Positions 1 to 9,081 of a DNA stretch of 64,000 bases are shown here, one piece after another. The number at the start of each line of letters is the position of its first letter. Position 1 is the stretch's first letter. Made by a program: the position numbers and the translations under genes. The notes beneath the pieces were generated by a model. The model was not told the origin of the DNA, made no database searches, and saw nothing but the letters and a program-made list of their open reading frames with translations. Source of the stretch: a bacterium (GTDB lineage: Bacteria > RBG-13-61-14 > DATKZS01); the NCBI GenBank assembly GCA_963674965.2, contig CAXXFL010000006.1:544001-608000 (forward strand). The letters are read 5' to 3'.

Positions 1-1066
1 CGCACACGGCATCGAAGTTCTCCTTTTGGGCGGCCTCCTCGCTTAGCCCCACGGCCGCGATGTACTTGTCGAAGAGCCTGACCGCCGTGGCCCCGAGCAA
101 TCCCGGGAACGGTATCTCGTAACCCGCCAGCCGCTTGGCCGCCAGACGTCCCTGGATGACGGCCGGTCCGCGAAGCTGGATGGGCACGGGCTTTTTCGTG
201 ACGAAATGGAAGTTCTCGATGCAGTCGCCGGCGGCGATCACGTCGGGGTCGGAGGTCTCGAGGAACTGGTTGACCTTGATCCCGAACCTGCCCATCTCGA
301 GACCCATCCGCTCGGCCAACTCCAGGTTGGGCCTGGCCCCCACGTTCATGAAGACCATGTCCGCCTCCAGGCTTTGTCCCGAACCGAGTTCCACGCCGGC
401 GACCATCCCGTCCTTGCCCAGGATTTTCGTCACCTTCTCGCCCATGCGGAAGGCGAGGCCCTTCTCCGTGAGGTAATCCTTCAGCCCGGCCCCCAACTCC
501 GCGTCGAGCATAAGCGGGAGCGGATGACCGAGCAGCTCGATGATAGTTATCTCGTACTGGCCGGGAGCGTTCTCCATGAGGAGAGTGGCCTGCTCCATGC
601 TGATGAAGCCCGCCCCGATGAACACCAGCCGCTTGGGTTTCTTTTCGGTCAGGAACTTCCTTATCCTCTCGGCGTCCTCGAGGGAGCGCAGGGTGAACAC
701 GCCCTCCAGGTCGCAACCCTCAAGGGGGGGCACGAACGGCCTCGATCCTATCCCCAGCACCAGCTTGTCATAGGCAAGCTCTTTCCCGTCGCTGAAATGA
801 AGTTTTTTAGCCTTGACGTCGACATTTTCCACCTTGGCAACGATCGAGTCAATGCGGTTGTCCGTGAACATCTTGTCCGGGTTGGTGATCGATTCTCCCG
901 TGGCCAGACCGGCCACCACGTGGGGAAGCGCTCACCGCACAATGAAGGTTTTTTCCTCCCGGATCACCGTGACGTCCACGTCCGGCATCAGTTTCCTCGA
1001 GAGCATGGCGGCGGGACCGCCCACTCCGCCGCAGCCTAATATCACAAGTTTCTCTCCCTTTTTCAT
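1..1066 (-). CDS. FAD-dependent pyridine nucleotide-disulfide oxidoreductase (NADH oxidase / CoA-disulfide reductase family), probable selenoprotein; 3' end runs off the window
   Basis: Manual translation from ATG 1066 (AAGGAG RBS 7 nt upstream): MKKGEKLVILGCGGVGGPAA...TFIVR-TGA-ALPHVV...YDKLVLGIGSRP...VFIGAGFISME...ETSDPDVIAAGDC. This has both Rossmann motifs and the FAD TxxxxxxAxGD motif. The single in-frame TGA (codon 45, 932-934) is at the catalytic Cys position; no other stop to the window edge. Confidence 0.92.
897..931 (-). promoter_or_regulatory. Bacterial SECIS-like hairpin downstream of the in-frame UGA
   Basis: UGA-GCGCUUCCCCACGUG-GUGGCC-GGUCU-GGCCAC-GGGA: a perfect 6-bp stem (900-916) with a GGUCU loop like the E. 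coli fdhF SECIS apex, 21 nt after the UGA. UCCC/GGGA can form a lower stem. Confidence 0.8.
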
Positions 1067-1284
1067 GGGCCATCTCCTTTTTAATTGCTTTTACTTATGA
1101 ATAAGTATCATCTTTCCCACGTCATTGGCAACATATCCTTCCCCATAATCACGCGCCCTTTTGGCAAACGGGACTCCAAATATTATAAGGCGGATGACAA
1201 ACACCTTCTCCAGGGCTAAGGTAATAGCGCATCGGAAGCGTGAAAGCCTCAAGCCGGGTTTCAAGGAGAATTGTTTCAGTGAAA

Positions 1285-2163
1285 TCATGGCAGTGTGATC
1301 GCGTCCTCCGGGCAAACGTCAACGCAGGAGCCGCACGAAATACAATCGCGCCCGACCACGACGGCCTTGCCCTTGCTCAAGCTAATCGAGTTATTGGGAC
1401 AGACGTCAACGCAGGCCCCACATCCCGTGCAGAGTTCGCGGTCAACGACGGCCGCGGGGGAAGCGGACCCCATTCCTTCCAGTTGTTGAAGACGCCCCTT
1501 GATTTCATCCAATCGCCGCGCCAATACATCAACCTGCCCCTGGAGCATGGTCCTTTCGTCCATGGGAGCCGCGGCCGCCTCGGGCGTCGATTGAGTTGTA
1601 CCAGCGTTGGAAATTCCACCCATGCCTCCACCCATTCCCCGGCCCGTGCCCATCCCCATTCCGCGACCCATGCCCATGCCCCGGCCCATGCCCATGCCTC
1701 GGCCTCCGCCCATTCCGCGACCCATCCCCATTCCACGGCCCATACCCATTCCGCCGCCGGCCGCCGGCTGCGCCGCGCTCTGAGGATTTCCCGCTACCAT
1801 GCCCATGCCGAAATGGCCGGCAACGCTGGGTTGGCTCGCGGTGGAATAGGCCCCATTGCTGAAATTATGCACCGCCTCGCGGACGAGGCCTGAAACGCCA
1901 ACGACGACCTCGACGCCGGCGGCGGAAAGCGTCTGGTGAGCGTTGGGGCCGCAGTTCCCCGTAAGCACGTATTTCACTCCCTTTTCGGCCATTAGCTGAG
2001 CCGACTGGATACCGGCTCCGCTGGCGGAAGAAACGTTTGAGTTTTCCACCGCCTCGAAGCTCAAATCATCGGTATCCACGATCACGAAGAATGAGCATCG
2101 GCCGAACCGGGGATCTACCGGAGATTCCAAAGACCGCCCATTAGCGCTTACCGCGATTTTCAT
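1285..2163 (-). CDS. NifB/NifX-family cluster-binding protein fused to a Gly/Met-rich linker, a coiled coil and a C-terminal 2x[4Fe-4S] ferredoxin
   Basis: N-terminal MKIAVSA...VDPRFGRCSFF...GAGIQSAQ...LTGNCGPNA; GMGMGRG repeats; C-terminal CTGCGACVDVCP and CISCGSCVDVCP. Confidence 0.88.
   Translation of the reverse strand: MKIAVSANGRSLESPVDPRFGRCSFFVIVDTDDLSFEAVENSNVSSASGAGIQSAQLMAEKGVKYVLTGNCGPNAHQTLSAAGVEVVVGVSGLVREAVHNFSNGAYSTASQPSVAGHFGMGMVAGNPQSAAQPAAGGGMGMGRGMGMGRGMGGGRGMGMGRGMGMGRGMGMGTGRGMGGGMGGISNAGTTQSTPEAAAAPMDERTMLQGQVDVLARRLDEIKGRLQQLEGMGSASPAAVVDRELCTGCGACVDVCPNNSISLSKGKAVVVGRDCISCGSCVDVCPEDAITLP
1615..1758 (-). repeat. Intragenic low-complexity (GMGMGR)n repeat
   Basis: Encodes GGGMGMGRGMGMGRGMGGGRGMGMGRGMGMGRGMGMGTGRGMGGGMGG, with a degenerate 18-nt period. 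Confidence 0.9.
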
Positions 2164-2295
2164 TAGAATAAAGGCCTCCTTTTCCGGAAAAAGCGGGGAA
2201 AATCGTCCCCGTCATTTCCAGACAAAATAAAATGATCAATCAATCCGAGCCAAGCCATCCCTCGTTAAAGCGCTTGGTACAGGCCGCGGTATTTC

Positions 2296-2673
2296 TCAAC
2301 TTTCCCCGTTACCCCCTTGAATACGACGTCGGCGGCCGCAGCACCCGGGCATTAAAAAGGAGTCCTCCGAGAATCCGCCGCTTAAAAATACCCTGACCAC
2401 GTCATCAACCGGTCCGCAGGTGTGAGGAATTACTTGAACACCGGCGGACGAAAGCGCCATTTCCAAGGGCCAGGAAATTGCGCCGCATATGAGAACGTCA
2501 ACGCCAACTCCCGAGATTTCCCGGGCTCGCGAAAAAGGGTCCTGAAAGAACAATTTCTTCTCGACGCGGCCGGCCTCTTTCCCGCCTACCGCCTCTATCA
2601 CCAGCAATTTCCTTGCGACGTCCAAAACCGGAGAGACGCGCCTTTGCCAAATCGGAAGAGCAACCTTCATCAT
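2296..2673 (-). CDS. Small NifB/NifX-family protein
   Basis: MKVALPIWQRRVSPVLDVA...VDVLICGAIS...MPGCCGRRRR, the typical partner of PAS-sigma54 activators in deltaproteobacteria. Confidence 0.82.
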   Translation of the reverse strand: MMKVALPIWQRRVSPVLDVARKLLVIEAVGGKEAGRVEKKLFFQDPFSRAREISGVGVDVLICGAISWPLEMALSSAGVQVIPHTCGPVDDVVRVFLSGGFSEDSFLMPGCCGRRRRIQGGNGES

Positions 2674-2685
2674 TTATTTATTTAG

Positions 2686-2700
2686 GCAATCAATGTGCCG
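2686..2700 (-). promoter_or_regulatory. Sigma54 (-24/-12) promoter for the NifX-family genes
   Basis: Minus strand CGGCAC-ATTGA-TTGC matches TGGCAC-N5-TTGC and lies next to a sigma54 activator gene. Confidence 0.75.
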
Positions 2701-2777
2701 ACAATTATAAAATCCCCTAACTGGCCTTTTTCAAAGGATTATTCAAATTGAATAACGGCCATGCAATCATCCGGATA

Positions 2778-2824
2778 TTCGCAAAATGCGATTTATCCAT
2801 GTATTATCGGTTGCATTTTGCGAA
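2778..2824. promoter_or_regulatory. Pair of candidate upstream activator sites
   Basis: TTCGCAAAATGCGA (2778-2791) and inverted TTGCATTTTGCGAA (2811-2824), 80-125 bp upstream of the sigma54 promoter. Confidence 0.65.
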
Positions 2825-2846
2825 ATTAAGGCTAGCCTAAAAGGAT

Positions 2847-4217
2847 ATGAAAAAGACCCTGGACAAATCAAAACGCGAATGCCAGGACGTGATCCTGGAT
2901 TCTATCAATGAGGGGGTTTTTACCGTCGGCCTGGATTGGCGGATCAGTTCCTTTAATCGCGCCGCTGAAATCATCACGGGAGTAAGCCGGGAAAAAGCGG
3001 TGGGCCACGCTTGCTACGAGGTCTTTCGGACCAACATCTGCGAAGACTCCTGCGCGCTGAAAAAGACCATGTCCACCGGCGAGCCGATCGTTAACGCCAC
3101 CGCGCATATCGTGACCGAGTCCGGAATCCGCGTCCCCATCCGCGTCTCCACGGCCTTGTTGAAAGACGATCATGGAGTGGTGATCGGGGGCGTGGAGACG
3201 TTCCAGGATTTGACCCAGGTGGAACGGCTTCGAAAGGAACTGGAGGCCCGGTACACCTTCGAGGACGTCATCGGCCGGAGCCAGGCCATGACCGAGCTTT
3301 TCCAGATTCTCCCGCAAATCGCCGAAAGCGATTCCACGGTATTGATCGAGGGAGGCTCAGGCACGGGCAAGGAGTTGTTCGCTCGCGCTCTTCACAACTT
3401 GTCTCCTCGCAAAAAAAAGCGCTTCGTGCCCGTGAATTGCGCGGCCCTTCCCGATACTCTTCTGGAGTCCGAGCTTTTCGGATACAAAGCCGGGGCCTTT
3501 ACCGACGCGAAAAAAGACAAGCCCGGCCGTTTCGCCCTGGCCGATGGGGGCACGATATTTCTTGATGAAATCGGGGACGTCTCACCCGCCATGCAGGCCC
3601 GGCTGCTGAGGGTACTCCAGGACCAGAAGATTGAGCCTTTAGGCTCGGTCGAGCCAATCCAGGTGAACGCTCGAGTGGTGTGCGCCACCAACAAGGACTT
3701 GACCAGGCTCGCCCGATCGGGCAAGTTCAGGGAGGACCTTTATTATCGGGTCCGGGTTATCCATCTCAAGCTGCCTTGCCTTAAGCGGCGCCGGGAGGAT
3801 ATTCCCCTCTTGGTGGACCACCTGATCGGCAAGTTCAACCTGCTCCAGGACAAAGATATAGCCGGGGTTTCGGGAGCGGTCATGGCCCGACTGATGGAGC
3901 ACGATTTCCCGGGTAACGTGCGTGAACTCGAGAACGTCATCGAGCGAGCCTTCGCTCTCTGCCGGGGAAACATGATCGAAATGCATCATCTGCCCGCGGA
4001 CCTCCGGCCTGATGAAGTCAAAATGGGAGAGCACGGTTCCGCCACCACGCTCGATTCCATGGAAAAGATAATGATCACCGAGGCGCTCAGGCGCTGCCAG
4101 GGCAATAAAAAACAGGCCGCCCGGGAACTCGGCGTTAACGCCAGCACGATATACCGCAAGATCAAAGCCCTGGGAATCGAGCCTCCCGAACGCCGACGAG
4201 AGACCCTCAAAAAATAA
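2847..4217 (+). CDS. PAS-domain sigma54-dependent transcriptional activator (Fis-type HTH)
   Basis: N-terminal PAS; Walker A GGSGTGKE; ESELFGYKAGAFTDA; FLDEIGD; FREDLYYR; FPGNVRELEN; C-terminal HTH. Confidence 0.95.
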   Translation: MKKTLDKSKRECQDVILDSINEGVFTVGLDWRISSFNRAAEIITGVSREKAVGHACYEVFRTNICEDSCALKKTMSTGEPIVNATAHIVTESGIRVPIRVSTALLKDDHGVVIGGVETFQDLTQVERLRKELEARYTFEDVIGRSQAMTELFQILPQIAESDSTVLIEGGSGTGKELFARALHNLSPRKKKRFVPVNCAALPDTLLESELFGYKAGAFTDAKKDKPGRFALADGGTIFLDEIGDVSPAMQARLLRVLQDQKIEPLGSVEPIQVNARVVCATNKDLTRLARSGKFREDLYYRVRVIHLKLPCLKRRREDIPLLVDHLIGKFNLLQDKDIAGVSGAVMARLMEHDFPGNVRELENVIERAFALCRGNMIEMHHLPADLRPDEVKMGEHGSATTLDSMEKIMITEALRRCQGNKKQAARELGVNASTIYRKIKALGIEPPERRRETLKK

Positions 4218-4218
4218 A

Positions 4219-4232
4219 TTCGCAAAATGCAA
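4219..4232. promoter_or_regulatory. Third copy of the candidate activator site
   Basis: TTCGCAAAATGCAA, the exact reverse complement of 2811-2824. Confidence 0.6.
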
Positions 4233-4338
4233 CGTTCTTCATTATTTATCCGGACCTTAAAAATCGCGGCCTTCATATTACGTGAAAAAATTCTATATTT
4301 TAAGGCTCTTAGATCGAGGAATATTACCCGTTTTCAGC

Positions 4339-4354
4339 GGGTATGTTTATTGCT
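4339..4354 (+). promoter_or_regulatory. Candidate sigma54 promoter for the small Cys-rich gene
   Basis: GGGTAT-GTTTA-TTGCT has correct GG-N10-GC spacing and lies about 110 bp downstream of the 4219 site. Confidence 0.55.
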
Positions 4355-4453
4355 TGTTCTCTTTTTAAGCTCGGCTCGTTTTATTGGAGAAAAAGTCCTT
4401 GGATGGGTCCCCATGCTTATCGAACAAGTATGGCAAATAACCGGGAGGTGGTT

Positions 4454-4660
4454 ATGAATTGTCCATTACTTAAAGGCAAATTTAATAAACAGTGCGGGGC
4501 GGTAAAGGCCCTGGTCGTGCTTTCCAACGCCCAGCTTGTACTTTACTGCGAAAACGGACGCTTCGAGGAATGCCCGGTATACATGACTTGGCAAAACCTT
4601 TCAGGCAAGGAAATGTCCCTGGCCGCCTACGCCGAGCTTGAAAGGGAAGCGACGCTCTGA
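4454..4660 (+). CDS. Small four-cysteine hypothetical protein (68 aa)
   Basis: Strong RBS GGGAGGT before ATG 4454; MNCPLL...KQCGAV...LYCENGRFEECPVY. Confidence 0.7.
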   Translation: MNCPLLKGKFNKQCGAVKALVVLSNAQLVLYCENGRFEECPVYMTWQNLSGKEMSLAAYAELEREATL

Positions 4661-4673
4661 GTTGCCTATTCTA

Positions 4674-5669
4674 TTACAGCAACCCGAAGGCGGCCACGGG
4701 CATTCCGGGGAGGGCCACGGAGGAATCGGAGTGGCCCAGGACCAGGCCCGCTCTTTCGGTCACGAGGGTTTCCTGGAGCTTGCCGAACACGTTATGAATC
4801 TTGGCCACCTTGTGCCCGGCCTTCACGATCTGGCCGGGTTTGACCAGGAACCTTATGACCCCGCTGCTCGAGGCCGGCGGGCGGTGGGAATAATCCAGTA
4901 TCTTGTCCTTCAGGGATGGGGGAACGGGCCGGTTCAGTATCTTTTCCCGAGGCCGGGTCATGCCGAGAAAAGACAGGATATTCCAAACGGACGTCACGCC
5001 GTCGTCCACGTTCTGCTCGTTGACCACGAAGGACTCGCCCAACTCGAGGGTTATGGCGGGCGCCCCGCGCCGAATGACGCTGCCGGTCAGGGACTTCTCC
5101 AGGTAGGGGTCCGAGGTCTCGGGGGCCTGCTCCTTGACCACGATGAAGCCGCTCAGCCGGGCGAAGGTCACCGACTTGTCGAAGATTTCCTTTTCCCCCT
5201 CCGGCCATCGCGGCTCGATGAGGGCGTAGGGAATGGACTTGATCCAGTCGTTATGCAGGTCGAGCACCAGGGTGGGATTGGTCTGGATGATGGTCGAGAA
5301 AATCCTTTCGGCAATGCGCTCGGCCAGCGACCCGTTGGGGTCCCCCGGGAAGGACCGGTTCAGGTCCTCCATGGACAGGCCGATGTGCCTGGAGGCGGTC
5401 TCGAAGCCGATGGGGTTCATGAGGGGAAAGGCGTATAGCCGTCCGCAAAGCAGGGGTTCCTTCCGAAGCCGTTTGAAAATCTCCTGGATGACCACCATGC
5501 CCCCCACCTCGTCGCCGTGCACGCAACCGGTGAGCCAGACCACGGGACCGGGACGCGGACTCGAGGCCTCCATCATCGCCAGCCTCCGCCTCGAAAGGTC
5601 CGAGCCGGTAAGTATCTTGAGGAAGGAATACTTGATCCTTTGCGAAGAATCCTTCTCGGTCAAGGCCAT
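4674..5669 (-). CDS. Succinylglutamate desuccinylase / aspartoacylase family (M14-like)
   Basis: Motifs VHGDEVGG, NPIGF, DLNRSFPG, VLDLHN, ITLELG; C-terminal barrel-sandwich segment. Confidence 0.88.
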   Translation of the reverse strand: MALTEKDSSQRIKYSFLKILTGSDLSRRRLAMMEASSPRPGPVVWLTGCVHGDEVGGMVVIQEIFKRLRKEPLLCGRLYAFPLMNPIGFETASRHIGLSMEDLNRSFPGDPNGSLAERIAERIFSTIIQTNPTLVLDLHNDWIKSIPYALIEPRWPEGEKEIFDKSVTFARLSGFIVVKEQAPETSDPYLEKSLTGSVIRRGAPAITLELGESFVVNEQNVDDGVTSVWNILSFLGMTRPREKILNRPVPPSLKDKILDYSHRPPASSSGVIRFLVKPGQIVKAGHKVAKIHNVFGKLQETLVTERAGLVLGHSDSSVALPGMPVAAFGLL

Positions 5670-5776
5670 CTCGAGTCACCCCTTTGTTCGCGCCTTTTGC
5701 CGAAGCGGCCTTAAAGTCGGCCGTTTCTTTTCATCCGGCCATCGGGTCCTATATCTTTTCAAAGCGGCTAGCCCGC

Positions 5777-6847
5777 TCAGGCCATAATCCAGGTATAAAG
5801 CGCCGCGAGCAGCAGGCCGGCCACGAACCATCCGCCGGCGATCCTCACCCACCACACTCCCCAGGCCACGTACCAGAGGGGCCATAAAGGATAGCTCTCG
5901 GGCGGGGCCTCGGGATCGAACCTGCCTTTCAGGTCCTCGGGGATAACGTCCTCAGCCATGGCGAAGGCCTCGGCCGGGGTCGCGGGCGTCGGGCTCGAGA
6001 GGGTCACGATAAACCTCGTGGCCCGAGGAATCGAGACCAGAGCCAGGAGGGCCAGCCAATGAATCCAGCCAGCGGCCGCGAGGGCGGTGATGACGATGTA
6101 GAAGCTCCACACCATGATCTGCGTGGCCACCCGGCCTTTTTCCTCACCCAGAAGCACGGGCAGGGTACCCACGCCCTTGGCCGCGTCCTTCTCCCGCTTG
6201 TCCAGGTGCTTGCCCATGAGCACCGCGCTCACGCCCAGGCCGTAGGGCACGGAGCAGGCCATGACCTGCCATGACAGGGTCTCGGTCAGCACGAAATAGG
6301 TCCCGCCGATCATGAGGGGGCCCCAGATGAGGAATATGGCCGGCTCGCCCAGGCCGCGGTGCTTGAGCTTAAGGGGCGGGGCCACGTAGAATACGCTGGT
6401 CGCCAGGCCGGCCGCGGCGAAGGCCATCACGGTCCAACCCACCTGGCCGACCAGGTGAATGGCGATGATGAGATCGACAAGGTTGCAAAAGAGGATGGCC
6501 GCCACCAGCCCTTCCCCGCTGACCAGGTTGTCCAGGAGGGGATGGGGCGCGTAGTTGGCGCGGGGGTAGTCCTTGGTGTCCACGCCCTCGAGGAGGTCGA
6601 AGGCGTCGTTGACCATGTTGTTGGCCGCGTGGGCCAAGGTCAGTCCCAACGCCACGAGGAGGAAGCGTCCCAAATTAAAGCTCCCGTCAATGGCCGCCAG
6701 GAGCCCGCCGATCAAGGCGGAGAGCAGGGTCATGGAAAAAACGCACGACCTGGTGATAATCAGCCACTTGCTGACCAGGTCCATTTCGGCGCCCTCGGGC
6801 AGGTTGCACGTCCTTAAAACCTCTATCCAGTTGCGTACCATTTCCAT
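5777..6847 (-). CDS. UbiA-family prenyltransferase, MenA-like
   Basis: HAANNMVNDAFD...GVD, YVAPPLKLKHRGLGE, LDKREKDAAKGVGTLPVLLG; multiple TM segments; start moved to the ATG after GGAGG. Confidence 0.85.
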   Translation of the reverse strand: MEMVRNWIEVLRTCNLPEGAEMDLVSKWLIITRSCVFSMTLLSALIGGLLAAIDGSFNLGRFLLVALGLTLAHAANNMVNDAFDLLEGVDTKDYPRANYAPHPLLDNLVSGEGLVAAILFCNLVDLIIAIHLVGQVGWTVMAFAAAGLATSVFYVAPPLKLKHRGLGEPAIFLIWGPLMIGGTYFVLTETLSWQVMACSVPYGLGVSAVLMGKHLDKREKDAAKGVGTLPVLLGEEKGRVATQIMVWSFYIVITALAAAGWIHWLALLALVSIPRATRFIVTLSSPTPATPAEAFAMAEDVIPEDLKGRFDPEAPPESYPLWPLWYVAWGVWWVRIAGGWFVAGLLLAALYTWIMA

Positions 6848-7129
6848 CCCTCCCTTGAATAGGACTATTGTTACATCATGGGCCGGCGCGAGCAAGAAGG
6901 GTCGCCGGCGTGAAGACGAGATCGCTCGGTTTGCGGATTGGCCGGATTCGCGCCAAGACGACCGAGTGGGCGGCAAGTTAAAAGAAGAGCGGCAAACTGG
7001 TTTTAATCCGAAGCATGACTCCCGGTTTGGCCACGAACGGCCCGCCTGAGATTTCTATTGGGGCCACTCTAAAATCGTAATGGCGGTCGAGTCCGTTCAT
7101 ATCCTAATATGATGGCCGCCGTCTCCCGG

Positions 7130-9067
7130 CTATTTCTTGTCCCTGGTCCTCTTCGGCCTGACCTTGATCAGCGGGTCGCCCTGGGCCACCTGCGAGCCCT
7201 CGGCCACGTCCACCTTGTGCACGACCCCGTCTATGGCGCTGGCAATGGTATTGAGCATCTTCATGGCTTCCAGCACCAGAAGCGGGTCGCCCTCGGAGAC
7301 CTTGTCGCCCTCATTCACCCTGACCTCGACCACCACTCCGCGGAGGGGCGCCCGGGTCTCGCCCATCTCGGCCAGGGTCGCGATCTCCTCGGGGCTGAGG
7401 GACTTCTTTTCCTGCTCCGCCGCCTGCTTGCCCTCGGGGCGATAAAGGTACGGCTCGGGGTGATGGTTAATAAGGAGGTAAGTGAGCGTGCCCCCGTCCG
7501 ATATCCGGTGGGACGGACCCATGGACACCTGATGGTGCTTGCCGCCGTGGTCCTCGAACACGATCTGCTCGTCCTGACCGAACCCTCCCTCCCGGAACCA
7601 TATCTCGGGACCGAAAATATAGGTCTTGCCGTACTCCTCCTCGAACTTGAAAAAGTCGGCCGCGTCGCGTGGATGCTGGAGGTATAGCGCGAGGTCCTCC
7701 TCATCGGGGGGACGGCCCAGGGCCTTCTCCAGTTTCTCGCGCTCCACCTCCAGGTCGATCGGCTCGATGGACTCGCATCCTCCCTCGTTGCAAAGGGTCT
7801 TTTTCCACTCGGGGCCGAAGACGGCCTGGTAAATCTCGTCCGCCGGACGCCTGAAGGGGAAAGGCCCATACCTTTCGAGGAGGAGTCTTTTCAAGTCCTC
7901 CGAGGCGTTGACGTAACGCTTGCCGGAAAGGACGTGAGCCACGGCGGTGGTCCACAATATCTGGGAACCGGGCGTGACCGACCAGAAGTTGCCCAGCTCG
8001 ACGTGGACCCTGGGCAACTCCTTCATAAGTATCTCGGGCATGCGGTCCAGGAAGTCGCCCTTTACCGCCTGCTCGAAGCTCGAGCCCATGGCGCCGCCCG
8101 GCAGCTTGTGGATATGAACGGTGGGGTCGAAGCCCTTGAACTGCGACTCGAAGGCCTGGTAAAAGGGACGGACCTTCCGCAGCTTCGAACTGGCGGCGAT
8201 GACGGCGTCCTTATCCACGTTCGCGGCCTTGACGCCCTTGTCCTCCAGCATCATTATGGTGGTGAGCAAGGGAGGAGGGCCGTAAAAGCCGGTGAGGGCG
8301 TGGTCGCAGGCGTCCACGATCTTGGCGCCGGCCTTGACCGCGGCCAGTATCCGGCCGACGTCGTTCCCGTCCGTGTTGTGTCCGTGATAGTGGATGACGA
8401 GGTCCGGATAGGCCTTCTTGAGGGCGTCAACCAGGGAGTAAATCCGGCCCGGCTCGCCCAGGCCCGAGTGGTTCTTGATGGCCATGATTATGTCCGGTCC
8501 CGTCATCTCGAGTATCTCGCCCGCCTTATCCACGTAGAAACGGTCCGTGTGCTCGGGACCGGTCGAGAAGCAAAGGGCGGGCTCGAGGATTTTGCCGGCC
8601 CTTTGCACCTCCTCGAAGACCGGCGCCATGTTGGGCACGTGGTTGAGGAAGTCGAACACGCGCCACACGTCCACGTAGCGGGCGAAGTTACGCACGGTCA
8701 GCCTGATCACGTTCTCGGGGTAAGGCCTGTATCCGAAGAGGTTGACGCCGCGGCACAGGGTCTGGAACATGGTGTTGGGCATCTTGCGGCGGAGGAGCTT
8801 GAGCCTCTCGAAGGGATTGATCTGTTTTCTGAGCATATCCACGTGTACGGACGCTCCCCCCGTTATCTCGAGGGAGAAGAACCCGGCGGCGTCTCTTTCC
8901 TCGGCGACCAGGAGGTCGGTATGCGGCAGTATCCGGTTTTTGAAGTCCGACTGAGAGGCGTCTCTGGCGGTGTTGGTGATGAAGTATCCTTCGGTCTCGC
9001 GCAGTTTTCTTATGGCCCCGGCCGGGTCCGCGCCGGGCAGTATCCTGTCTTTAATATTAATATCCAT
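7130..9067 (-). CDS. pycB: Pyruvate carboxylase subunit B (carboxyltransferase plus biotin carrier)
   Basis: RDASQS, GGASVHV, RGVNLFGYRPYP, HYHGHNT, LPGG, VTPGSQI, biotinylation motif EAMKM. Confidence 0.85.
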   Translation of the reverse strand: MDINIKDRILPGADPAGAIRKLRETEGYFITNTARDASQSDFKNRILPHTDLLVAEERDAAGFFSLEITGGASVHVDMLRKQINPFERLKLLRRKMPNTMFQTLCRGVNLFGYRPYPENVIRLTVRNFARYVDVWRVFDFLNHVPNMAPVFEEVQRAGKILEPALCFSTGPEHTDRFYVDKAGEILEMTGPDIIMAIKNHSGLGEPGRIYSLVDALKKAYPDLVIHYHGHNTDGNDVGRILAAVKAGAKIVDACDHALTGFYGPPPLLTTIMMLEDKGVKAANVDKDAVIAASSKLRKVRPFYQAFESQFKGFDPTVHIHKLPGGAMGSSFEQAVKGDFLDRMPEILMKELPRVHVELGNFWSVTPGSQILWTTAVAHVLSGKRYVNASEDLKRLLLERYGPFPFRRPADEIYQAVFGPEWKKTLCNEGGCESIEPIDLEVEREKLEKALGRPPDEEDLALYLQHPRDAADFFKFEEEYGKTYIFGPEIWFREGGFGQDEQIVFEDHGGKHHQVSMGPSHRISDGGTLTYLLINHHPEPYLYRPEGKQAAEQEKKSLSPEEIATLAEMGETRAPLRGVVVEVRVNEGDKVSEGDPLLVLEAMKMLNTIASAIDGVVHKVDVAEGSQVAQGDPLIKVRPKRTRDKK

Positions 9068-9081
9068 GTCTTTTATCCTTC

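Noticed and set aside
2270-2287. Additional sigma54 promoter before the NifX-ferredoxin gene
   Set aside because: GG-N10-GC spacing is present but the flanking bases match the consensus poorly.
1285-2673. Nitrogen fixation cluster
   Set aside because: Only NifB/NifX-like carrier domains; no nifHDK, nifEN or radical-SAM NifB in the window.
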